A DNA stretch of 64,000 nt from a virus. The notes under the pieces are model-generated. The model was not told the origin of the DNA and made no database searches. It saw nothing but the letters and a program-made list of their open reading frames with translations. The position numbers and the translations under genes were made by a program. The stretch spans positions 1-64,000 of the IMG/VR virus record IMGVR_UViG_3300037483_001148; one strand, written 5' to 3'. Positions within the stretch are counted from its first letter, which is position 1. The number at the start of each line of letters is the position of its first letter. Shown one piece after another: positions 10,701 through 19,926 of the stretch.

Positions 10701-12199
10701 CTTAACTCATTTTGAGTCCGAATTTGATTAACTTGATCTTCCTGTGATTGTTTGGCAAGTTCTTCCTTTAGTTTTTTTGATTCATCCTCGGACAACATGG
10801 GAAGTCCAGCCGATTTACCCAATCCTCGCCAATCTACTTGATAAAAGAATTCATTAAACGTAGCTGAATTACCAGCAATATTGGCAACAGAAGTTAAAAA
10901 CTCTCTCTCCTTTGGATCAAGCCCTTGCACTTCCAACCAAACTGGTACACCATCCTGACCAAGATTATATTTGGAAATATTAGAAATCCAGTATTGATTC
11001 AGAAAATGTACCCAGGAGCTAACTACCATCTCATTATGTAACGCTGTAGCTTCAGCATGAACCTGACCGATAGCATTAGAACCAGTTCCACCGGCAACCT
11101 GAGTATACGCTCTATCTCCACTTAACGCTGCCCGTAAAATCATTTGGTTAAATAACTCAATGATTTGAACAAATGGTTGTGACCGGTCAGGGGTTTGCAT
11201 ATAACCCAATTCCCATTCCGGTTTACCCTGTTCATCAACATCGGAAGGAATTACAACCGCTTGTGACCGGGATAAATTCACCGCTAAAGCCAGAAGATAA
11301 TCAATTGCATCTACTAACTCATCAGAATTGGGGTCTAAACGAACTTTCTTTCTTGAAGGGGCTTTACCAAGCCGGGGGGGATCACCCATAAGTTCTGAGT
11401 AACGAACCAGGCAGCGAATGATAATCTCATACCAAAACCATAACGGATAAAGAGTGTAAAGAAATGATTCCCCCCAAAGATTTCGAGAAAAACCGTTGTA
11501 GGGAATAACTAACGCGGATTCAGCTTTGACCAATATATCACCAGGGTTTTGTACCCCATTGGGGGTGGACATAACATAATATGTCCCCAGTCGATAGTCG
11601 GCCATCTGCACAAAGCCATCAAAATCCCCCTCGTTAGTCCGGCGAATATGCCTCACCGTATCGTGAGGAACAAGATTAAGTTGTTTAGGAACGGTATATA
11701 ATTTTGAGCCATCTAATCCCAATTGACTCAAAGTTTTAGTTTCCCACACTTGTTCCATAAACGCCGAACCGTAAACCAGAGCCGACCAGGTAAACTCAAA
11801 GGCAGCATAGGGCAAAACATGCTCGACTACAAATTCGGTTATCTTGGCTAGTTCTTCATTTTTTGAATAAACACTGACCGATTTATTGTTACGGAAAACC
11901 GAAACCATTTGCGCTCGTTTCATCTCAAGAGCAAAACGAATCGGTCCACTCTTTAACATTTCCCTAATGATAGTGTAAGATAAAGCTGAATCAGGCCGGA
12001 TGTCTTGCTTTTGGCCATCTGGCATTGTCAGATTGATGCGCCAGTCGCCTTTGGTTTTGCCATCCCCAACCAAAGGCGGGGCAGTAATGACGTTGTTTTG
12101 GAGCATGTACTTTTCCATTGACTCCAAAATAATTTTAGCTTCGTTTCCACCTAACTGGGTGGTAATAATATCCCGAATAGTTGAATCAACTAATTGCAT
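7760..12199 (-). CDS. portal protein (DUF935/Mu gp29-like) fused to a three-module C-terminal extension with two zincin domains
   Basis: Directly follows TerL; N-terminal ~480 aa has ALVYGSAFMEQVWE, NLWGESFL..LY..W, GSNAIGQVH; the extension has 3x FNxxHDxLGRF, HEFYH..EEG and HEATH..EEG. Confidence 0.8.
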   Translation of the reverse strand: MQLVDSTIRDIITTQLGGNEAKIILESMEKYMLQNNVITAPPLVGDGKTKGDWRINLTMPDGQKQDIRPDSALSYTIIREMLKSGPIRFALEMKRAQMVSVFRNNKSVSVYSKNEELAKITEFVVEHVLPYAAFEFTWSALVYGSAFMEQVWETKTLSQLGLDGSKLYTVPKQLNLVPHDTVRHIRRTNEGDFDGFVQMADYRLGTYYVMSTPNGVQNPGDILVKAESALVIPYNGFSRNLWGESFLYTLYPLWFWYEIIIRCLVRYSELMGDPPRLGKAPSRKKVRLDPNSDELVDAIDYLLALAVNLSRSQAVVIPSDVDEQGKPEWELGYMQTPDRSQPFVQIIELFNQMILRAALSGDRAYTQVAGGTGSNAIGQVHAEATALHNEMVVSSWVHFLNQYWISNISKYNLGQDGVPVWLEVQGLDPKEREFLTSVANIAGNSATFNEFFYQVDWRGLGKSAGLPMLSEDESKKLKEELAKQSQEDQVNQIRTQNELSIESQEAQMQIQQKYAPKEEKPKEKTTLEIQQKVDQFTSGKVPIFFSGDEVKKILLEKEEVVEPRKHFFTGSKSQNRKLAMALAVAYKYNQNILLFNPFHDNLGRFSSGGKSGFSRAKQFVKEHKKEIAIAGVVGIALLAAGGAVYLSKNSPEERIFYAKTNKWKGTIDFISPTTLNNKPDKVEAEATLAGKTAVVMNELNEMGISGFDHKKVIFASEGETTPFYNVGAYNSTKKEVKFSVDVTESLLYDYDPEFGMEMAAHEFYHARIAAAKDKYRNGTIEEGLATITGSIVGKRVKEKRMGGKITRQDLDGLTEHIDKIYDPSYAEKAKKLFNLSKIGKYSAGARDEYEYLVKWITSTPETYGKSINEILNLAHFEGIELESVLLFNPFHDSLGRFASGAGGAIKRGAKAVGKFAKENEAELITAGIIAGAAVAGGTAHYQFKKGLPEAKEYRKLYGESTSLTQKIIATPAEYLARKHSYGALIARSALGAGGLTTSTVSDNTFEKVVGTVLPYGLGPSMFLSLAAGGAIYAKGSILGVAATAAFATAVFGAAAPSAALVIGGVIVGSAASLAAYQLVDYAGKRFTQAYIRRYAPKDPYHITITENEKKRKTFTRFALDEAGILSIYSFANLVTTLLEEENDNLMASVVPLVAMMCVDNRVKKISSSFEIPGFTKGGNEWFLTKDLAPNFIKLWAGDSTQLENITLFNSTHDELGRFAPKQGFAFKGGLEAKRPVKIGVAKKLTAMTIKEVKKKMTLVDGLEVSHCSEWSCVKEKTGLTSNALGVYKDKKLVVTPYGMSFSSYDHTPFYQRIVAHEATHARKRSQGGGIAFRNQTQADLEEGTTELISLGLTKYPSHKSPYYKQMKSVAYAARKGANNNHDRAWQIVSLMHYHNDTSRGVSAYQAYTGSSKFNKGSDADIEWLLGSMPTRLESEDDYIELFKKSEKEIYKEIRKVQNETFSDEVIPFSEEEFNETETK

Positions 12200-13947
12200 T
12201 ATCCACCAAACTTTCTCATTTTTTCATTGATTCGTTTTAGAATAGATTCATCTGGCATAAATCTCGAATCAATTGTCCTAGCAAATTCTTCAAACGGCAA
12301 TGGCATTAAAGATGAAACTCTAACGCCGGGTAAATCCCTATAAGCAATAGCCGGAGCAACAATCGCATGCTGCAAGTCTCTTAGCCTATGATATGCCTGG
12401 TCATATGGTTTTCGCTCCAATGTGTCGAGGGTTGAGCCTGAGCCAAATACAATTTCATAGCCACCCTCTAACATCAGGCCATCATACGCCTCAGCCAGAG
12501 CTAAAACACCATCATCATTTGAACCCTTTGGACACTCATAGGTATCTGGAAGATCACCAAACTGGAATAAAGATAACTGTTGATATGTCTTTTCATCAGT
12601 GATAACTATAGTATGTGATTCTACAGCAATAATGAGATTTTTGATAATTCGGGATTTAATGTGATGCTTTATATCAATAGAACGGGTCTGACTAAACCCA
12701 TCTACCGGCGTATGGTGTCGGGAAATAACAACCAACCCCGGTCCATTTTCCTCAATTGTACACAATCCCGGCCATTTAGCATGAAGTTCGCTAACCTTGC
12801 CAGGATTGCTTATAATTTCTCCATTAGTTCCGTTTTCATTTGCCCCGGCCCACGTAGAAAGTGGTTTTTTATCAAAGTAAGCAAATGCCTGAATAGCATC
12901 CTGAGTAAGAGCAGAGAAACAGTTATAGTCCTTTTCTCTGCTCTTGCGATGAGCTTTACCCATTGCCGAATCTACACCAGAATAGTATTTGAATCTACCA
13001 TTTGAGGTCATCACCAATTCACGGTAATCATCTAGCTTTTGTTTTATTTCAGGGAACATATCAGGCGGTTTGAAACAAGCTGCCAGATGGGTTATGTCAA
13101 ACACGGCGTTACCGGATTGTCTGAATTGAAGATACCATTCCTGACCCATCAAGTCGTCAGTCAGAATTTCTCTATCTTTTTCAACAACCTCTTCTGTGAT
13201 TCCAGCTTCTTCAAATGAAACTTCTCTGTACCAGTAACTTCTATTTTCCCCGGTACGACCTTGCATACACAGATGATGGAATCTAGTGCCAACATCTCCC
13301 GCGTTGCTGCCCATAAGCCAGTGACCGGCTCTTTTTGTTGTAGTTAAGGCGGCAGCAAAAACTTCATCTTGATTTTCAATAAACTGCACTTCATCAAGAA
13401 AAACAAATTTAGCTTTCTCACCCGCGCCTGAACGTTTGGTAGTAGTAAGTGATTTAACTGAACTGATAGAAGTTACTTCGCCGGTATCATCAACATGACC
13501 TATACCCAGTTCTGTTTGGTTATCGACTACCCATTTACTTTTTAGAAAATCAGCCGGGGTTGCTTCAGTAAGTTCAGAAGCATCTTTGAAAGCCAAATTT
13601 TTCAAAATGAATTTGACTTTGTTTAACAGAGAAATAGCTTTCTTCTCATTCTCCGAGACAAATAGAACGTTGATCCCACGATGAAAATTGATAAGCCAAG
13701 CGGTATAAAAAGCAGCTATCCATGAAAGACCCACCCGCCGAGCCTTCAAGATAGCCACATTTTCACCCTTCAGTAAATGTTCAATTATTTCATACTGATA
13801 AAAAAAGTCCTCTTCTGGACTTTTCCCAACCGCAAATGGAATGATACCATCATCAGCATCCATCCAACAGAACAAATCCAGAAGATAAATGGGGTCTTTA
13901 ACACATCTAATAGTGTGTTTTAATTCTTCATCAGTCCAATTTGCCAC
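12199..13947 (-). CDS. terL: terminase large subunit
   Basis: Walker A ILKARRVGLSW, Walker B VFLDEVQF, nuclease motifs GVDSAMG and NDDGVLALA. Confidence 0.92.
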   Translation of the reverse strand: MANWTDEELKHTIRCVKDPIYLLDLFCWMDADDGIIPFAVGKSPEEDFFYQYEIIEHLLKGENVAILKARRVGLSWIAAFYTAWLINFHRGINVLFVSENEKKAISLLNKVKFILKNLAFKDASELTEATPADFLKSKWVVDNQTELGIGHVDDTGEVTSISSVKSLTTTKRSGAGEKAKFVFLDEVQFIENQDEVFAAALTTTKRAGHWLMGSNAGDVGTRFHHLCMQGRTGENRSYWYREVSFEEAGITEEVVEKDREILTDDLMGQEWYLQFRQSGNAVFDITHLAACFKPPDMFPEIKQKLDDYRELVMTSNGRFKYYSGVDSAMGKAHRKSREKDYNCFSALTQDAIQAFAYFDKKPLSTWAGANENGTNGEIISNPGKVSELHAKWPGLCTIEENGPGLVVISRHHTPVDGFSQTRSIDIKHHIKSRIIKNLIIAVESHTIVITDEKTYQQLSLFQFGDLPDTYECPKGSNDDGVLALAEAYDGLMLEGGYEIVFGSGSTLDTLERKPYDQAYHRLRDLQHAIVAPAIAYRDLPGVRVSSLMPLPFEEFARTIDSRFMPDESILKRINEKMRKFGG

Positions 13948-14299
13948 TGGCGTTTAGGTCTATGATCTGTTGTAAGGTTGGTTTGTTATCACCTAATGCC
14001 TCTGGCGGCATTTTGGTGGCATACGCTAAATAGACATTCGCCAAAGAGGTTAAATCTTTAGCATCCATATTTTCATCATCTTCGATATGTTCAAAAATCC
14101 TATCGGCAATGATTTTTAATTTTGCTCGATCATCAATGGGGGGACGTTTCCAGCCACCATCTTCAGAGGACCAATGTTTCAGTTTCTCAACCGAAACTTT
14201 GAAATTAAATAAAACTGGACTTTGCTCAGAGAGCTTAACAAATGAAATTCGGTGGGTTTGGTAATATTCTTTTACTTTATCCCGAACGTCATTATCCAT
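13931..14299 (-). CDS. probable terminase small subunit
   Basis: Immediately upstream of terL; N-terminal HTH-like region with LKHWS..GGW. Confidence 0.6.
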   Translation of the reverse strand: MDNDVRDKVKEYYQTHRISFVKLSEQSPVLFNFKVSVEKLKHWSSEDGGWKRPPIDDRAKLKIIADRIFEHIEDDENMDAKDLTSLANVYLAYATKMPPEALGDNKPTLQQIIDLNASGKLD

Positions 14300-14305
14300 A
14301 GTTTG

Positions 14306-14384
14306 ATATTACCATGATTATGTCATATTTGCAACAAGTAATTTTCAAATCCCCTTGACAAAACACTTGTTCTTGTGTTATACT
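14306..14384. promoter_or_regulatory. divergent promoters, both apparently giving leaderless mRNAs
   Basis: Minus: TTGCAA-17-TAATAT, 6 nt before ATG 14299. Plus: TTGACA-18-TATACT, 6 nt before ATG 14391. Confidence 0.55.
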
Positions 14385-14390
14385 AATTAC

Positions 14391-14891
14391 ATGAACAAAT
14401 TCACTTGGCCCAAAGCAGAAGATTATAACCCTATAGCGGATTTAAGAACTATGGAAAACGATATGATAAAAAACCCAGGAATTGTGAAAATAGCACATAC
14501 TATCGTTATCCCTGGCAACACCCCCTCAGCAAAGAACTCCAAAGTAATGGTATCTCGCAAAAACAAAGAAACCGGGAAAACCAGCACTTTTATTTTTGGC
14601 TCAAAAACTACTCAAAAGTGGTTAAAGGAAGCCAAAAAATATCTTCAAAATAATATCTATATAAACAAGGAATGGGCTTATCCCATAGGAGTGCATTTCC
14701 ATTTTGTTCGGGAAAGTCATAGGCGCTTTGACCACATTAACATCGCCCAAGCGTGCCAAGATTTGCTTCAGCACATGGAAATAATTATTGATGATGACTC
14801 CGACCATCTCATTCCAATAGGATTTAGCAAAGAGTATGATAAGAAAAACCCCTGTGCAATTTTAACGATATACGAATATGGAAATTATTGA
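14391..14891 (+). CDS. RusA-like Holliday junction resolvase
   Basis: IPG..PSAKNS...RRFDHIN..QA.QD.L...II.DDD. Confidence 0.75.
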   Translation: MNKFTWPKAEDYNPIADLRTMENDMIKNPGIVKIAHTIVIPGNTPSAKNSKVMVSRKNKETGKTSTFIFGSKTTQKWLKEAKKYLQNNIYINKEWAYPIGVHFHFVRESHRRFDHINIAQACQDLLQHMEIIIDDDSDHLIPIGFSKEYDKKNPCAILTIYEYGNY

Positions 14892-15468
14892 GTCACTTCC
14901 CGAACCATCGGAAGAATCAAAAAAAACCAAATATGTAACTGTAAATGGAAACACCCCCCCTCGACTGGAAGAAACATTTCCTACTGAAGAAGAAAAACTT
15001 GATCCAGCATCTTTATCCAAAGAAATAATCATTTTTCAATATACTAAAAGGTTAAATTCCAGCCAACACCCAATTTCCATTGTTGTTATTATGAACGTGG
15101 TTTACAAAGAATACGAAATTGCCCCGGCTACTACCGCCAAAGCTTTTCTGAAATTGTGGAGAGCCGGTTTAGTAAGACGGTTTTTCCCAATTGCGCGTGA
15201 TCTGGCAAAGGCTAGACGGAAAGAGGGAACATATTATTTAATCCACAATATGAGTTACATTCTGCCTGAAAATCATGTTAAAAAAATGAAACGAACCTCT
15301 TACTATGTCAGAAAAAAATTATCTGATGAGGATGTCATTAAAATTAGACGATTAGCTCAGGAATATCCACTCAAAGATGTTGCGGCTATGTTTCCCGACA
15401 TTTCCTATACTCATATCCAAAGAATTGTAAATTATGGGAGAAGAAGGAATGTCACACCCCATAAATGA
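14878..15468 (+). CDS. DNA-binding protein with C-terminal HTH
   Basis: KLSDEDVIKIR...LKDVA.MF..ISYTHIQRIV. Confidence 0.6.
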   Translation: MEIIESLPEPSEESKKTKYVTVNGNTPPRLEETFPTEEEKLDPASLSKEIIIFQYTKRLNSSQHPISIVVIMNVVYKEYEIAPATTAKAFLKLWRAGLVRRFFPIARDLAKARRKEGTYYLIHNMSYILPENHVKKMKRTSYYVRKKLSDEDVIKIRRLAQEYPLKDVAAMFPDISYTHIQRIVNYGRRRNVTPHK

Positions 15469-15673
15469 TGAGTGGGTATTGAAATTTATTTTGGGGTTCA
15501 AAAGTAAAAACTTTGGCTGCACTCCAACATACAGGGAAATAGCTAGTGGGTACCAGGAGCATTTTGGATATTTACCGAGTGTATCAACCATTTCTAATTC
15601 TCTAAAACGATTGCAAAAAGAAGAATTTATCACCTTAACGGGGAAAGCGGGAAGAATTTATGTTAATACCTGA
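15434..15673 (+). CDS. stand-alone LexA N-terminal-like wHTH
   Basis: G.TPTYREIA...SVSTISNSLKRLQKEEFI. Confidence 0.7.
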   Translation: MGEEGMSHPINDEWVLKFILGFKSKNFGCTPTYREIASGYQEHFGYLPSVSTISNSLKRLQKEEFITLTGKAGRIYVNT

Positions 15674-15702
15674 GTGGATTGTTTATTCTTGTGTAGGGTG
15701 TT

Positions 15703-16431
15703 TTGTCGGGCAATTGCCCTGGATCAGTTTGTTTATTTTTTACACCTATCGAGCAAAAAGACATGTACATTCCTCAAAAAATACGAAGTAGAATTGAACA
15801 AAATACGGCTCTTGAAATAGAATGGGTAGGCCATCGGGATTCCTATGAAATTATGGAGGAATGGGGTGACTCTATATTCTGGATAATAAATATCTGGATA
15901 GGTGCTTATTATCTTTCTTCTGTATTTGATTTTTCCAATCAAGTCTGGTGGGGTTTAATTTTATTAACCTTCATCTGTACTATTCCAGCCTGGTATGAAA
16001 CTGAACGTTGGTTAAGTGAGTACCATATCGTATGTCGAAATGCAGATAAAGGGGGTGGGGTTATTTTCAAAGCGTGGGGTATCCTGGGACTGAAGATGGT
16101 CGAACTGGATGTTTCAAAAGCCAGCCCCGCCATTGATGAATATATAAATAATCCTATCTATTGGTTATGGAAACTTTTAACCAATCACCCGATGGAACGA
16201 GTTTCTCTCAGTTCAGCCGATCACGTTTTCTTGAATAGTAGCCGCATGTCCCCCAAATTTTATGCAGCTATTTCCAGAGTTAAAAGTCCTATCTCTGGTG
16301 TAAAAAGAGAAGAAAGTGAAACCTGGTTTAATGTTGACCAATTACACCGGTTGGTAATTAGGGAAATGTATGATGCCCAACAGGGCAAGCAAATAATCAG
16401 ACAATTGGTGGATAAACATTTTTATGGATAA
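15703..16431 (+). CDS. membrane protein (2 TM plus soluble domain)
   Basis: Two hydrophobic helices; real start probably ATG 15763. Confidence 0.6.
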   Translation: MSGNCPGSVCLFFTPIEQKDMYIPQKIRSRIEQNTALEIEWVGHRDSYEIMEEWGDSIFWIINIWIGAYYLSSVFDFSNQVWWGLILLTFICTIPAWYETERWLSEYHIVCRNADKGGGVIFKAWGILGLKMVELDVSKASPAIDEYINNPIYWLWKLLTNHPMERVSLSSADHVFLNSSRMSPKFYAAISRVKSPISGVKREESETWFNVDQLHRLVIREMYDAQQGKQIIRQLVDKHFYG

Positions 16432-17674
16432 CTTTGGGTGGGCCTGGTTAGGATTTCTTTCGATATGGGGATTGGTCTATTTTCGCCTGGGCAAACAGGT
16501 CCATCGCCCGTTTATTCAGGTTGGGTTTTGTTTGCTTATTTTTTTAAGTCGGATAGTGAAGGGAATGGTTCGTAAACTAAACAGACCAATACGACCATTG
16601 CCAGTTATCAGAGAAAAACTAACCGCTGAGAATATCAGTGACTATGCTTCGGTCTTTCAATTAAAAGCTACAGAGGTAATCTTGGGAATATTTAATGGTA
16701 GGCCAGTTCGTGTGGATATAATGAACAAGCACACACTACTAGGCGCTTCAACCGGCGGGGCTAAGTCATATCTAATCCATTCTATCCTTATTCAATTGTT
16801 CGGCAAGGGTAGTCGTTTTATGGACAATGTTGATGTGTTTATAGCTGATCTGAAGGGGCATCCTTCAGACATGTTTCAACTATGGCAACCAATTCTAACC
16901 GGTTATGCTCGGAGAAGTGATACGGGTGATATAACTTCAATTATTGATATGCTCAATTACATTGATCACCAACTTCAAAGAGACATCAATAAACGAATTC
17001 TGCTGATAGTAGAAGAAGCCAGCATTTTAACTGCTGACAAAGCAGGAGATGAGTTACTAAGCAGGATTGCTTCTCAGCTTAGAATCAACGGTTCTTTGCT
17101 TGCTACTATTCAGCACCCACATCACAGAAAAATGCAAACTTTCATCAAGCACAATATTGAACGGAGAATCGCCGGGGTGTGCTTGAACGTTAGCCAAGCT
17201 GAAGTAATCTTGGAGCATAGACCCAAAGACTATGAAGTTCCAGAAAAACCAGGACAATACCTACTCCGAGAACCAGGTAAAAGAAATATTATCAAACTAG
17301 AATCCATGTGTCCGAATTTACCTGAAGAGATAGAAACTATTGTTAGAAATGGAGTGAATATTTTAGCTGAAAAAGATGAGAGATTAAAAATCTTCCGGGA
17401 TGTTTGCCAAAATAAAACGAGGGGTGCAGCTATCACTGGCGTTCAGACTTTAGCTAAAGATTTCACTTGGCTGAATAATGCTCAGTTTAGACTATTAGTG
17501 GCTTACCGCAATTTTGTTAATGCCAAAATATTTACTCCTCCTCAAGCAAAGGGCAGTAGAAATCATTTGGCAGTTAATTTTGAAGAAGGATTTTCTATGT
17601 TAAAACAGTACATTGATGAGGGGAACTGGAAAGAAGAGCCGGAGACAATGTTGCCAGAAGGAGAGAAGAAATGA
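16424..17674 (+). CDS. FtsK/SpoIIIE-like P-loop ATPase with N-terminal TM
   Basis: HTLLGASTGGAKS, ADLKG, ILLIVEEAS, ATIQHP, PGQ. Confidence 0.75.
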   Translation: MDNFGWAWLGFLSIWGLVYFRLGKQVHRPFIQVGFCLLIFLSRIVKGMVRKLNRPIRPLPVIREKLTAENISDYASVFQLKATEVILGIFNGRPVRVDIMNKHTLLGASTGGAKSYLIHSILIQLFGKGSRFMDNVDVFIADLKGHPSDMFQLWQPILTGYARRSDTGDITSIIDMLNYIDHQLQRDINKRILLIVEEASILTADKAGDELLSRIASQLRINGSLLATIQHPHHRKMQTFIKHNIERRIAGVCLNVSQAEVILEHRPKDYEVPEKPGQYLLREPGKRNIIKLESMCPNLPEEIETIVRNGVNILAEKDERLKIFRDVCQNKTRGAAITGVQTLAKDFTWLNNAQFRLLVAYRNFVNAKIFTPPQAKGSRNHLAVNFEEGFSMLKQYIDEGNWKEEPETMLPEGEKK

Positions 17675-18066
17675 ATCCAGAAATAGTGAAACAATCTGCC
17701 GAAGAATGTCTCAAGTTTGTTAATGCTTTGCATAACGAAAAGTTCAATGAATTTGAAATACAGGGATTTAGAATAACAGATTCCGTACCTTCTGTATTAA
17801 ACCTGGACTTGCTTGTATGGCGATTTTTTGATGATACTGAAACAGGAATTGAATACCGGACATATAGGTTTGTAGTTAAATCTACTATGAATACCGGAAC
17901 TGAGGTTTTATCTATGGAAGATATTGGGGTGAAAAATACTAATTATCAATATAGTGAATATCAAATTAAAACACACAACGCCCATTGTTTTTGCCAAGTT
18001 CCTGACTGTCCATATTGTTCAGAAATATCCAAAAGCCAAAGGGATAATCCAGAGAAATGGAGATAA
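17671..18066 (+). CDS. hypothetical protein, C-terminal Cys cluster
   Basis: HCFCQVPDCPYC. Confidence 0.6.
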   Translation: MNPEIVKQSAEECLKFVNALHNEKFNEFEIQGFRITDSVPSVLNLDLLVWRFFDDTETGIEYRTYRFVVKSTMNTGTEVLSMEDIGVKNTNYQYSEYQIKTHNAHCFCQVPDCPYCSEISKSQRDNPEKWR

Positions 18067-18072
18067 AAAGAA

Positions 18073-18564
18073 ATGACTTTATATTTTGAGGTATCGGCCC
18101 GAAGGACAGGCAAAACTACTCGACTATGTTCAGATATTCTAAAGCACATTAGTCCACTTAACAGAATCGCTATTTTTACTCCCTCAATACATCACGGCTA
18201 TTCTGTTAAAAAGATGTTGGAAGATATGTCCTCTTCTACGTGGCTTTCTAGTATTGAATATAATCCAGACCCAACTGAATTAGACCCCAATTTCAACTGG
18301 AAATACTATTTCGATGATTTTGATTTTATTCAACCTAAGCGAGTATTCTTACGAGATGATGGGTATTATGTAACTACCCCTGCTAAACTTCGCTCTTGGG
18401 ATGAAATACTAAAACAAGAGGATTTGTTTTCTATATTAATGATGAAAACTTATCACCAGTATCATCGTTACCCTCTATCTATTCAAGATGTAGAACGGTT
18501 GTTAAAATATGAAGTGCCTATGAGTGAATTAGGAGTATATCTAAGGAATGAAAATTCAGTATAA
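18073..18564 (+). CDS. small P-loop protein
   Basis: SARRTGKTT...YFDDFDF. Confidence 0.6.
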   Translation: MTLYFEVSARRTGKTTRLCSDILKHISPLNRIAIFTPSIHHGYSVKKMLEDMSSSTWLSSIEYNPDPTELDPNFNWKYYFDDFDFIQPKRVFLRDDGYYVTTPAKLRSWDEILKQEDLFSILMMKTYHQYHRYPLSIQDVERLLKYEVPMSELGVYLRNENSV

Positions 18565-19378
18565 AGCAACCCGGCCTTTTCTATCTCACGCGCTCAGGCG
18601 TATAGAAGATGGTCTTAAATCTACTCTTCCAGATGGATTTGAATTAACTCAATTACCAGGGGATTTGGCTATTATTCCGGTAGTCAATATAGATGACACC
18701 AAAGACTTGAAGCAACCTTATATCATCTGGCAATTGTGCCACAAAACAGCCGAGGGTACTCCTGATGAATGGATCAAGATATGGAATCATGCGGCAATGG
18801 TAGTGAGTTACTTAAACTTGCCTTATCCAAATTATTTACGATTACCATTAGGATATGACCCTCTTTTATTTCACAATCACAACCGGCCTAAAGAACCGAA
18901 ATATGATATTGTCGTTACTGGCTATGTGGATGAAGATAAGGAGGGGGAAGTGATTGCCAGATTATGTAACCACTTTGATAAGGTAATTCACATCGGTCAG
19001 GACTTGAAGATCGAAAAAGGCTACACTCATGCCCACCAAATAACCGATACTCAACTTGCTGAAATTTATCGCAATTCAAGATACGTGGCCGGAATGAGAA
19101 TGATTGAGGGATTTGAACTTCCTATAATCGAGGGGGCAGCATGCGGATGCCAGCCAATTACATTAAATCTTGAATGCTATAGATACTGGTTTAATAACCT
19201 GGCTTTATTTGTCCATCCTGATAGACTAGATGAAGGACTTGCGGCTATAGCTGAATATAAAATAACCAATGAAACAAGTAACTGGACTTTGCTGTTTGAA
19301 GAAGAAATAGCTAAGTTCACCTGGGAAAAGGTTATGAGGGAGTTTTGGAATACGTTTATGAATGGGGTATTGGGATGA
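18548..19378 (+). CDS. GT-B glycosyltransferase
   Basis: EGFELPIIEGAACG...FTWE. Confidence 0.8.
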   Translation: MKIQYKATRPFLSHALRRIEDGLKSTLPDGFELTQLPGDLAIIPVVNIDDTKDLKQPYIIWQLCHKTAEGTPDEWIKIWNHAAMVVSYLNLPYPNYLRLPLGYDPLLFHNHNRPKEPKYDIVVTGYVDEDKEGEVIARLCNHFDKVIHIGQDLKIEKGYTHAHQITDTQLAEIYRNSRYVAGMRMIEGFELPIIEGAACGCQPITLNLECYRYWFNNLALFVHPDRLDEGLAAIAEYKITNETSNWTLLFEEEIAKFTWEKVMREFWNTFMNGVLG

Positions 19379-19908
19379 AAATAACAGAGGGCAAACTTGT
19401 AACACTCATTAAAATAGAAGAGAGTGAATCCCAGGAACTACAGGATGAATTTCTTTTACAGCATCCAGATTTAGACCTGATTGATATTCACACTCTACCA
19501 TCAGGAAAAGAAACATGGTATTGGTATGTAGACCGAACTATTTATAGAGATGGTAAAATAGTCATACCTCTTCATGACAAAACTTTGCTTATTTTTGATC
19601 CCTGCTATGCCAGAATAATGATAAGATTGCCGGGGGAGGAAAAACTAAAAAGCTATCTGGAATTTGCATCTGAAACCATTGACACCTTCAATGAAAATAA
19701 TGAGGTTGTAGTTTATTTACCTAAAGTAGAAGGTGGGGATATAAAAGTAATTTCCGGTGGTTGGTTAAAAGAACGGGAAAACTGTATAAAAATACTCAGA
19801 GAACTATGTCAGGAATTTGGAGATAACACCTGGACAGATGACATGAACCTAGCCGATGTACTTGAAAAACATCTGGCTAAACACATGCGAAAAGAGGTTA
19901 AAAAATGA
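19375..19908 (+). CDS. hypothetical protein
   Basis: ORF coupled to the upstream stop. Confidence 0.6.
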   Translation: MKITEGKLVTLIKIEESESQELQDEFLLQHPDLDLIDIHTLPSGKETWYWYVDRTIYRDGKIVIPLHDKTLLIFDPCYARIMIRLPGEEKLKSYLEFASETIDTFNENNEVVVYLPKVEGGDIKVISGGWLKERENCIKILRELCQEFGDNTWTDDMNLADVLEKHLAKHMRKEVKK

Positions 19909-19926
19909 AACAAGATAAGTTTATGA

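Noticed and set aside
3340-13005. Plus-strand ORFs inside the head-module genes (3340, 6520, 7217, 8451, 11173, 12000, 12393, 12661)
   Set aside because: Antisense shadows of long, motif-bearing minus-strand genes
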